A DNA stretch of 64,000 bases, taken from assembly GCA_000004985.1 (NCBI GenBank), contig GG738845.1. The stretch is one strand, 5' to 3'. Positions 23,876-33,168 of this stretch are shown one piece after another (the first letter of the stretch is position 1; each line of letters opens with the position of its first letter). The DNA comes from Naegleria gruberi. Lineage: Eukaryota. The position numbers and the translations under genes were made by a program. The notes beneath the pieces are model-generated. The model was not told the origin of the DNA, did not search any database, and worked only from the letters and a program-made list of their open reading frames with translations.

Positions 23876-26800
23876 ATGATCAACCGACATCATTATGCTT
23901 TCATAGGTGATTCCAGAAAGAATGGAAGTGAGTACAATCCAATACAAATGTTATTTTAATATAGATCTTTAGAACCTTATGAGCCAAAGAAAGGATCAGA
24001 CATAAACTTACCACCATTAGGGGTTAGAAAAGAGAAGGAAAGTGCAATTCTTGAAGCAGATGAATCTTCTCGGAATGATGTTTTTAAATTCAATAGAGAT
24101 GATGTATTTAATTTTGATATTAAGGATATGAGAATATCAAGCACCAGGGAGGTACGTCAAAACCCAAATCTGCTCCAGGCCAATGCTCCCCCACCAAAGA
24201 GAACTAAAGTCACGTTCAAAGGTATGTGAGGAATTGATACTTTAGTACTTAAATACAACCAGATGCGGACGAATCAATGCAAGAGAGTGCTATTGCTGAA
24301 GGAATTTCTGTTGAGGATTGGATGAAGGAAAATGAAAATATTTATGATGTTAAATTTAGGAAGGATGAAAAAACAAAACAACAGGGAAGAAGGTCTCTCA
24401 CCAGACCAGAGTCACAATCATCGTTGGATTCTAGTACATTAAAGGAAGGAAACACTAAACTACCTTATTTGAAGGATGTATTCATGAAGGAACGGGCTCC
24501 ATCAAAGCAATTAGTTCATTATTTGGATATTATTGGAGGAGAAAAACAAGTGAATACAAAAAAAATACTTAAAGTGGCTCCAGATGACGAGGAAGAAATA
24601 GCAAAGTTAAAAACTGGTGATGATGCTGTTGCCTTTTTCTCGAAAGCAGGAAAAAGTAGTAGGTATTATTTAAACTATTTGGATAACTTTGATTTTTTAA
24701 AGCTGCTGTCAAGTTTGTATATTTAAATAGAGCAGATTCAAATGGAGTTGATTACCGACCATATGATCTAGTTGTAGTTTCTAAAAGTGACACTAACCCA
24801 GAATATTTTACCATGTCTTCGACAGGTGTTGTACATATTTGCCCAGGTCAACCTACTGAGTACATGTCCCTCTCTGAATGGATGAAAGAATCAACAATGT
24901 TTAACGTTCTAAGAAGAATTAGATTTTTCAAGTACTATCTTGTTCATAAGTGCTTTAGACTCTGGTATCAAAGTAAGTTGACAACCTTAGTCATTCAATT
25001 ATCTAACGTATTTATCCAGATGCAAGATATCTTAAATATAGTAAGAAGAGAATGGATTTGGCAAGAAATTTCTTCCTTGCCAAGAAAACTTTCTCTTCTT
25101 CTGTCATGAAGATTCACAAACTTTCACACGACTTGCAATATACTCCAATTATGGACTTGAGAGATAAAGAAAATTCAAATGAGCCATCAGTAACTATTGA
25201 ACAGTTCCATGAGGCTCAAAAAGAATTGAGATCAAAATCATCTAAAACCTTTGACGAAATTATTGAGAAAATGGAGGAAATTTTGGTACAACTTTGTGAG
25301 GATGTTACTTCTAGGTCAAGAGTTCCAGATATGAATGCTTCTGAAAATATTGAAGCCTATCTCAGTGGTAAAATACCTACTCTTGAAGCTGAGGATGATT
25401 TCACAGCTAAAAAATCCAAATCTATGGTTGAGGCCCAAGAGGAAGAAGAAAAGAGACAGAGAGCCCTTAAAAAAGCAAGAGAAGAGGCGGATATGCTTGG
25501 TAATTTCATTAGAGTTTCCGACTATATGGCTGTAGAATCTTTGGTAACTTTATCAAAGAAGATTCTCGACAAATTCAAGGTTACTCTCCAAGAAACCAAG
25601 TCAATACTTTTCCTTGTAAACTTACTTTTCAAATCCGATGGTTCTGACATTGTTTTTGAACCATCTGAGGGTGCAATAATGCATGTTCTTCAATCCAACT
25701 CTGATGAAATTGTAACAACTGTCAGTCAAGTTCCAAGACTTTTATACATGCGTAAATTCAAAGTTTATTTTGATAATCTGGATAAATTCAAGATGGAAGA
25801 ACATTTAAGACAACTTCATGTTGGAAAAGTATTGCAGAGAGATGAGGTATTTAACTCAATCAAGTCTCAAATAGAAATGATGTTACACAATGATTTCTTG
25901 AAGGCGTTAGAATATGGAAAGGATTTCGAAGGATTGAAACATTGGTTCAAGTTTGGAAAAGAATGGGATGATAAGTATGCAGAAAAGAGACACACTGTCC
26001 AAGAATTTACTGAAAAAATTAAGCATGTCAATGATGCTCTCCTTGAGTTGAAGAGAATGAACTTTGTGCAAGAAAAAGGAATTCTTTTTATTGACAGCAA
26101 ACAGTTAAGAAATACTTTGCAACCAATTATGGAGAGTATTTACGAGCAAATTAAACTTTCTATAAGTGTTACATCCCGAGAAATGTGTCTAGAACTTAAT
26201 AAGAAGTTCATTGAGAGAGTAAGAATCATGAAGGAAGAGCCAACCAAGCTGAAGGACTTTGCCAAGTTCATAGATAACCACAATAAGATCAGAAAGGAAA
26301 CTCGTCAACTCATGATAGCGGCTGATGAAGTTGAAAAGATGAATGAACTTGCTGCAAAGAACAAGGTTGAAATGGACAGAGCAGACCAAGTTGCTTTGGA
26401 ATCATTGAAAGAAATTAAGGATGAGTTTTTGCAAGTATTCAAAAAGGCAGAACTCTACAAGGAGAATAATATGGCTTCAAAGAAAAGCGAGTTGGAAGAA
26501 AATGTTCAAAAGGTTAGTGATGACCTTTTGGACATGATGACAGTGCTCAGAAATCCTCCATTCATTACAGCTGATGCTGACCCAGTTGATGTTTTGGAAA
26601 GACTTTCTAGACTTGGTGAGGAGATTGCCCAATTTAAAGAAAAAACAGAAATCTACAAAGAGTACCAAATTCTACTTGAGGCACCAGTTAAGGAATGGAC
26701 CAATTTAACAGGCGCTGAAACTCAATTCAATGTTAGAAGTCAAATTTGGAAGGCTATAGATGAATTTTCAAAGAAGTCTGACCTTTGGGATACCACTGAC

Positions 26801-27712
26801 ATCCAAAAACAAGATATTAGTGACATTGAGCAAGAGGTTGAAAAATATTATCAACTTGGAATTGAAATGGCCAAATTTGGAGAGGATGATGTTGTAAAGT
26901 TGTTGAAGAAAACTGTGCAGGTTTGGAAAGATAATTTACCAATAATTTTAATGATTGGTAATAAGGACTTGAAGCCTCATCACTGGGAACAAATATTCAA
27001 AGGTATGAATAAGGAATCTGCCAAAGGAGCTTCCTATACACTTAGACAATTGGGTACTCTTGGTATTTTTATGTACAAAGATTTGATAACAGACGTTTCA
27101 AAAGCAGCAACAGGAGAAGCTCAATTATTTAAAAGCTTGGAAGTTATCGCTCAAACCTGGAGAGAAACTGATTTTGATTTCAAAGCTCTTCCACATAGAA
27201 AAGATTTTTACATATTGAATCAAACTGATAATATTCAAATGCTCTTGGATACTCATAAGAGAACCCTCAGAGAAATGTTGGATTCAAAATATGTTTCTGT
27301 AATTAGAACTAGAGTTGAGGATTGGATAAAAAAGTTGGAAAATGTAACTGTAATATTCCAAGAGTGGCTTTCTTGCCAGAGAAGACTTTTATCTTTGGAA
27401 TACATTCTCACATCTGATCTCATCAAGAAAGAGAATCCAGAAGATGTTGCCAAATACATTTCTGTCAGTTCAGAATTCAAAGATTTAATAAGCAAAACAA
27501 GTCTTAATAGAAATGTGCTGGTAGCTACTCATGAGGAAGGAATTTTAGAAACATTTGGTCGTTGGAATATGGCTTTTGATGAAATTGAGAGGAACGTAAA
27601 AACCTCAGAGGAGGGAGCTGCTGCTCTTGCTGAAGAAAGCGAGGACGACCAAGATGTTTCCTCTGAATCTGATTTGGATGAGCATGCCTACGATGAAGAG
27701 GATGAGTATTAA
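23876..27712 (+). CDS. Protein of about 1214 aa resembling the N-terminal tail region (DHC_N1) of dynein heavy chains, with no AAA+ motor and an acidic C-terminus; 5 exons: join(23876..23928,23965..24221,24263..24662,24731..24972,25020..27712).
   Basis: Introns start gtgagt, gtatgt, gtatta, gtaagt. Every phase checks out and the total of 3645 nt is divisible by 3. Exons 4-5 encode EYFTMSSTGVVHICPGQPTEYMSLSEWMKESTMFNVLRRIRFFKYYLVHKCFRLWYQ, which has the pattern seen at the start of dynein heavy-chain tail domains (P..EY..L.EW..E...F..L..I.FF..Y...K.F..W). The downstream 880 aa are coiled-coil-rich and end in AEESEDDQDVSSESDLDEHAYDEEDEY. The stop at 27710-27712 abuts the Hsp110 3' end, so no motor exons can follow. 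Confidence 0.5.
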
Positions 27713-27732
27713 AAAATTCAAACAAAAACTAT

Positions 27733-30147
27733 TTATTGTGTTTCGTCCATCTTTTTGTTTTGTTCTGGTTCTTGTTTTTGTTCAGTTGGCTTTTCTTCCT
27801 TCTTTGGTTCTTCTTTTGGTTTTGGCTTTGTGACAATTGGAGTGGCAACCTTTCTTAAATCCTTCTTACGATTTTCAATGAAAGCACATGTTAAAATTGG
27901 GTCAGAAGACTTGGCAACCTTATCTTGTTGAGCAAGTTGTTCATTCAACCAAGTATTTGTTTCGGATACCTTATCAGCAACTTTTTGTTTTTCTTCATTG
28001 GTAATATGGTTGTATTGTTCAGTATTGGCATTATCTACAAAGGTTTGGAATTCCTTGATTGTTTCTTGTAATTGTTTAATGCCTTCTGGTCTAGCTTCGA
28101 ATTCCTTCAACCTATTTTCAACTCTATCACCAACCTTCTTGAGTTCAGCAAGTTTTTCTTGATAGACAGTCTTTGTTGTGTTTTCACCATCACCATATAA
28201 CCATGATTCAGTATCATCCAATGTGAGGATAAAGTTATCTCTATCTTGATCATTAATAAATTCATAGAGATCACCACCTTCATAAAGTCTTTCCTTCATA
28301 TTATAACAGAAACTTTCAACGTTATTCTTTGCTTCAGCAGTAGTACGAACGTCCTTGTCACGATTTCTCATTGATTGTTCAACATTCAAGTATTGATTGA
28401 AAAGCTCTGTAGTGATACCTGGAACTGTGGTGAGGACCTTCAAGTTGTGTTTAATAGTCTTCTTCTTCTTGACAAGTCTTGTTTTTGGTTTTTCATCCTT
28501 CTTTTCTTCAGCAGGCTTTTCTTGAGATACTTCTTCAGTTGTATCCATCTTGTTTTGTTCCAATTCTTCTTTTGGAATTGGTTCTTCTTCTTCAACTTCA
28601 ATTTCTTCAGAGGCAGTAGCTTCTTGAACTTCAACTAAACCCAACATGTTGTGTCTCATCTTGATCTTAATCTTCAATGGTTCATTTCTTTGTGGAATGT
28701 CAGTAATTGTGAATTTACCCATAATACTACTAGTACCAGCTGGAAGAAGGGAAGGATCAGAGTAGACTGTAAACAAATCAAATGTCTTAGACTTGTTAAA
28801 AGTAAGCATCTTGGATGAAGGAGTACCTTCAAATTGTTTGAAAAGTGTTGATTGTTTCAATGAAGAGAGAACAGATGCTTCATCATCATCGACCATTTTG
28901 TCATCACTTTCTGGATTGGCAACCCATCCCAAATTGACACCATGATAAATTGAATCAATAACATTAAATTCACGAGCAAGAGTAAACTTTGGACTAATCA
29001 TGGCAGCTTGAATAGCAGCTCCCTTAGCAACACTTTCAGTTGTGTTTAAAGTGGATTGTACTTCCTTTCCGATAATCTTTGCCAATGTTTCTCTAATAAC
29101 TGGAATATATGAAGCACCACCCAACAATTCAACAGTTGTCAATTGTTCAGCTGTAATACCAGCTGATTCCAAAGCTCTTTTAACTGGAGCTTCAAATCTA
29201 GATAAGACTGGTTGAACCAATTGAATGTATTCGTCTCTCTTAATTTGGAATTGAATATCCTTTTCATTCATCAAACATTCAATTCTCAAATTAGAAACTG
29301 GATTAGAACTCAAGAATTTCTTCAATTTTTCACATTCTCTTGCCAAACGAATAACTGCCTTAGGATTTGTAGTAACATCCATCTTGTATTTGGTCTTGAT
29401 TTCTTCAACGTAGTGGTCATACAAAGCCTTTTCAAGTGCATAAGCTCCCAAGTTTGGATCACTAGCACAAGATAAGACACGAAGTTGTGACTTTTTGAAT
29501 TCAATAATGTAGACGGAAGTATCAAGGTGACCAACATCAACAAAGGCAATGTTTTGAGCTTCCTCAGGGAAATCCTTATAGATGCCATAACCCAAAGCAG
29601 CAGCAGTGACATCGTGCATAACACGAATAACATTCAAACCAGCAATTTCAGCTGCTTTGACCACATCACGTCTTTGAATTTCATTAAAGTAGCAAGGTAC
29701 GGTAATAACACAATCGGATTCACGGAATCCAACAGAGCTTTCAACATCATCTACAATTTTACCAAACAGCATACCTAATAACTGAACTGGGCTAAGAAGT
29801 TTGGATTCAGCATCGTTATCATGGAGCTTATAACCATCAATCTTGAATAGAATTTCATCATTTGGGCCTTGGAAAATTGGAACAGAAATATTAGCATGGA
29901 GAACTTCTGGTGTAAGTTGACTATATTTTAATCCAATGAATCGTTTAATAAGTGAAATGGTTCTTTGATAGTGACTGATTTGTGCACCCATACCACTTTC
30001 TCCAATCAATCTTTCATTTTCCGAGAAGGAAACATAGACTGGTGTATATCTTCGGGAGAATTCATTGGTAACAATATCAATAGAACCTTTCTTTGCAATA
30101 CCAACTACACAATTTTGAGAACCCAAATCAATTCCGAGAACTGGCAT
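27733..30147 (-). CDS. HSP110: Hsp110/SSE-type Hsp70-superfamily chaperone, 804 aa.
   Basis: The N-terminus MPVLGIDLGSQNCVVGIAKKGSIDIVTNEFSRRYTPVYVSF matches Hsp110/Sse1, not canonical Hsp70. It has an actin-fold NBD (DLGGGTFD-like region), an extended acidic insertion in the SBD (EEIEVEEEEPIPKEELEQNK) and a K/E-rich tail, as is typical for Hsp110. Confidence 0.85.
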   Translation of the reverse strand: MPVLGIDLGSQNCVVGIAKKGSIDIVTNEFSRRYTPVYVSFSENERLIGESGMGAQISHYQRTISLIKRFIGLKYSQLTPEVLHANISVPIFQGPNDEILFKIDGYKLHDNDAESKLLSPVQLLGMLFGKIVDDVESSVGFRESDCVITVPCYFNEIQRRDVVKAAEIAGLNVIRVMHDVTAAALGYGIYKDFPEEAQNIAFVDVGHLDTSVYIIEFKKSQLRVLSCASDPNLGAYALEKALYDHYVEEIKTKYKMDVTTNPKAVIRLARECEKLKKFLSSNPVSNLRIECLMNEKDIQFQIKRDEYIQLVQPVLSRFEAPVKRALESAGITAEQLTTVELLGGASYIPVIRETLAKIIGKEVQSTLNTTESVAKGAAIQAAMISPKFTLAREFNVIDSIYHGVNLGWVANPESDDKMVDDDEASVLSSLKQSTLFKQFEGTPSSKMLTFNKSKTFDLFTVYSDPSLLPAGTSSIMGKFTITDIPQRNEPLKIKIKMRHNMLGLVEVQEATASEEIEVEEEEPIPKEELEQNKMDTTEEVSQEKPAEEKKDEKPKTRLVKKKKTIKHNLKVLTTVPGITTELFNQYLNVEQSMRNRDKDVRTTAEAKNNVESFCYNMKERLYEGGDLYEFINDQDRDNFILTLDDTESWLYGDGENTTKTVYQEKLAELKKVGDRVENRLKEFEARPEGIKQLQETIKEFQTFVDNANTEQYNHITNEEKQKVADKVSETNTWLNEQLAQQDKVAKSSDPILTCAFIENRKKDLRKVATPIVTKPKPKEEPKKEEKPTEQKQEPEQNKKMDETQ

Positions 30148-30284
30148 ATTTATAATCTAGATTATTTAACAAGTAAAATTCTTGTTGTATTTGTTGTGGC
30201 CACGTGGTGGAGTCTTTTTTTTAAAAGTTATTTTCTATGGGCTGCTTTCAAGTTTTATTGTGATGGAAGTAAATTTAGCACACA

Positions 30285-30330
30285 CGGAATATTCATCTAG
30301 GAATTGTAAAATCCGAAGTAAATTCCGAAG
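30285..30330. promoter_or_regulatory. Possible heat-shock-element-like GAA/TTC repeats about 140-180 bp upstream of the Hsp110 ATG.
   Basis: cGGAAtaTTCatctaGGAAttgtaaaatccGAAgtaaaTTCcGAAg contains an inverted GAAnnTTC dimer plus additional GAA/TTC units, imperfectly spaced. A CACGTG E-box lies at about 30200. The match is weak. Confidence 0.2.
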
Positions 30331-30439
30331 AAAAGGTTTTATTTGATTTTTTGTCATCCTCTCCAATAACAAGCCAAGATTTAATAACAAAGCTCCCAAA
30401 ACACTTCTATCGTTGGGTAGCCAGTAGTTTATTGTCACA

Positions 30440-30787
30440 TTAAAAATACAAATATCCTCCACCACCAAAATTTGTTGTTTGTCTCTTTGAAAATAATGAA
30501 GAGAAGAAGCTGTGTGTCACACCAATACCATCATCTTCTAGGTTTCTAATTTGAAACTCTTTTACCTGTTCTTTGGCTCGGATGTAGTTATCTGATAACG
30601 TTAAAATATTTGTTTTTTCTCTTCTCTGCAGTGAAGAAACGCTTCGAGAGAGTCTTTTTCGATAAGTTTCTTGATCAATGATTTGAGAGGCTTCATATGA
30701 AAGGTTTAATATTAAACCTCTTGTGTCTTCATTCATCTCTGAAGAATCCAATGTTTGCTTTCGTTTTTTCGATAATCGTTGACCCAT
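30440..30787 (-). CDS. Small hypothetical protein with an N-myristoylation-type start (MGQRLSKKRK), about 115 aa. The 3' end is uncertain.
   Basis: ORF 30440-30787. Gly2 is followed by a basic patch, suggesting myristoyl plus basic membrane anchoring. A possible gtaaaag donor (minus strand, plus about 30563-30569) could splice away the last 38 aa. Unresolved. Confidence 0.3.
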   Translation of the reverse strand: MGQRLSKKRKQTLDSSEMNEDTRGLILNLSYEASQIIDQETYRKRLSRSVSSLQRREKTNILTLSDNYIRAKEQVKEFQIRNLEDDGIGVTHSFFSSLFSKRQTTNFGGGGYLYF

Positions 30788-31241
30788 TATTTTTTTACAA
30801 TATTTGATAAACTATTTTTGTAAATAGTTTAAAAGGAGAAATAAACGCTTTTTTTTTCGTTGTGAATAATATGTCCTGAGGCAAGACAATTTTTGAAAGA
30901 GATAACATTAACATAGGGAAGAGAACATAGCGTATATCTTGCCATCTGAGTCATGCATGGTGTGGAAGTATTGAATAGGGCTAGGAAACAACATCTCTTG
31001 TTATCAACATTTATTAATTCAGATATTCACCAAGAAAAATGATTGCTAAGTTCAAATCAATATTGAAACTATTTCTACCTTAAACTGAAGACTACTAATC
31101 TTTTAACTCAAAATCTGGATGACAGCCGTTTTAGTAAAGCTCTGCTTTTGAATTGGATGAACATCAAGTTTTTCAGTCTTATTGTCTTGTACATCAAATC
31201 CATTCATTACCTTTAATTCTATAGAAATTGGGAAATATTAT

Positions 31242-32807
31242 TTATTTTCGAGATTTGTAAGAGTTTTTCTCTTCTTCACTTAGACTCTTCCAAGCTTCTG
31301 CAACTTTTTTTGAAATCTGGTTGATTGTAAGATTAGGATGTTGTTGTTGAAATTCGAGAAAGTGAATTTTGCAGAAAATATTATATGCATTGAGTGGCTT
31401 CTTAAGGACTGGAGTTGAATTTTTTGACTTTTCAATGTAAGGTTGTTTTTCATCATTGGAAAGGGATTTCCACTTCTCACCTATAAATTTAGAAATTTGG
31501 TTAATAGTTAAATCAGGATATTGTTCTTGGAATTCTGGAAAGTGAACTTTGCAAAAAATGTTATATGCGTTAAGTGGTCTTTTGACTCGAGAGTACTTTC
31601 CATTGTTATCCTTAATTATTTCCGAGAATTCATCATCTAATTGAAGAAATAGCTCACTATTCGAAAGGTCTCCCAGTTGAGCGACACCCATAACAACGGA
31701 TCGCTTCAAATAGCGATCACGCTCATCTTGCATTAAAGCTTTCCATTGCTCTCTAAGTAACAATGAATTCGATGCAGCATCTCTATGTAGTGGAACTGTT
31801 TCTCTACAATAAAGTTCAAACCCTAAACGATCCTCTTCAACAACTTCAGCACTTACATTACTTGGGTTGACAGGAGAACTTGATACAGTTGAATGAGTAT
31901 TGTTAGAATCTGATGATTCTAATACTTCGCTTCCTGGATTGATTGATCCATGTGTTGTATCAATTAAGCTAGCTAGCCTTGACCTATCAGCAGATGAAAA
32001 TAGAAAATGCCCATTTCTGTCTTTTCTAAAAAGTCCAGATTTGATATACTTTCTCTTTTTCTTAATACCTTTCTTGTTACTTATTTTGCTATAGTTGTTA
32101 TTGGAGTTTTTAGGTATTATAGAACTTTCAATGGCTGATGATTTATCGAGTTGATTAATTCTTTTATCATCATCTTCCTCTTCACTCTCAGACATGTCAG
32201 AGTCCACAGTACGAATCATGTCTTCCTTTTGATCAGAAACACCTAATGACATAGTTGGTTCATTAGCCAGTGAAATATCAGTGCAAGTTAACCCGTGTTC
32301 ATTTTGAATCAAACTTTCTTTGATCCTATCGAGTACAGGTTGCAAATACTTTCCATATAAAACAGTTGGCATGACAAGTATCTTGGTTTGCTTAGTTTCA
32401 TCTGCATTGAGCACGTTGATGTTACTGAATAAATTGTTTTCATCAATAATGCAATCCTCAATACTGTGGTAAATGATGGAAGAAGATTGGGTTGTGTTGA
32501 TATCCGTATGAATATGTTGTTGTGGCACTAGTTGAAGATGAGTTGGATAAGTATTATTTAAATTATAGTTTGAATGGTCCAACATTGAATTGAAAACAGG
32601 ATTGCTTGATTGAGTGAGGTATTGAGTTAAAACTTGATTAATATTCAAATAACCTGTTTGGGATTGGTTCGTGATTGGACAACCACTACCCAATAGCTTC
32701 AAATGTTCATCAATAGCAGCAGAGATATTTGTCACAAGATTGTTTCTCAAAGGAAAAGATCCTCTTTGTTGCATGAATCCTATATTGTTTGAAGACAAGA
32801 ATTCCAT
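31242..32807 (-). CDS. HMG-box DNA-binding protein of about 521 aa with two tandem, near-identical C-terminal HMG boxes (SOX/MATA_HMG type).
   Basis: Box 1 is VKRPLNAYNIFCKVHFPEFQEQYPDLTINQISKFIGEKWKSLSNDEKQPYIEKSKN. Box 2 is LKKPLNAYNIFCKIHFLEFQQQHPNLTINQISKKVAEAWKSLSEEEKNSYKSRK. Both fit the HMG consensus RP.NAF..F...R......P......ISK.LGE.WK.L...EK.PY. The first ATG in the ORF (32873, alternative start) is at 32807 (MEFLSSNNIGFMQQ). Confidence 0.7.
   Translation of the reverse strand: MEFLSSNNIGFMQQRGSFPLRNNLVTNISAAIDEHLKLLGSGCPITNQSQTGYLNINQVLTQYLTQSSNPVFNSMLDHSNYNLNNTYPTHLQLVPQQHIHTDINTTQSSSIIYHSIEDCIIDENNLFSNINVLNADETKQTKILVMPTVLYGKYLQPVLDRIKESLIQNEHGLTCTDISLANEPTMSLGVSDQKEDMIRTVDSDMSESEEEDDDKRINQLDKSSAIESSIIPKNSNNNYSKISNKKGIKKKRKYIKSGLFRKDRNGHFLFSSADRSRLASLIDTTHGSINPGSEVLESSDSNNTHSTVSSSPVNPSNVSAEVVEEDRLGFELYCRETVPLHRDAASNSLLLREQWKALMQDERDRYLKRSVVMGVAQLGDLSNSELFLQLDDEFSEIIKDNNGKYSRVKRPLNAYNIFCKVHFPEFQEQYPDLTINQISKFIGEKWKSLSNDEKQPYIEKSKNSTPVLKKPLNAYNIFCKIHFLEFQQQHPNLTINQISKKVAEAWKSLSEEEKNSYKSRK
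31260..31600. repeat. Tandem duplication of an HMG-box-encoding unit of about 170 bp inside the CDS.
   Basis: The DNA at about 31285-31450 and about 31455-31610 is highly similar. For example, plus-strand ttatatgcattgagtggcttcttaaggactgg matches ttatatgcgttaagtggtcttttgactcgag. Confidence 0.6.
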
Positions 32808-33168
32808 TGTATCAAGAGTTCTTTGCAAGTTGGTGGTATGGGTGATGTAAATATTATTATTGGCGACTAACAAGATGGTTAGTTTAGAAAATATGGTTGG
32901 TTCAGCTGTTTTTTAAACTTGGTGCCTGCGACAAGCTTCGGATCCTTGATTTACTAGAGGATTACTGGAAATAATATTCAATTAATAATTTAATATTATT
33001 ATTACATGATGATTATTCAACAAAAGTGTGAATTTTAATTTTTGTTAGTGGTTTGTTATGTTTAGGAAAACTAACCTTATGGTGGTTGGTTTGTTTTTTT
33101 GCGTTCGTATTTTTGAAAGTGTCGACAATCGGAGTTTGGCTTAAACGGGTTTATTAGTTTGAAGTAAT

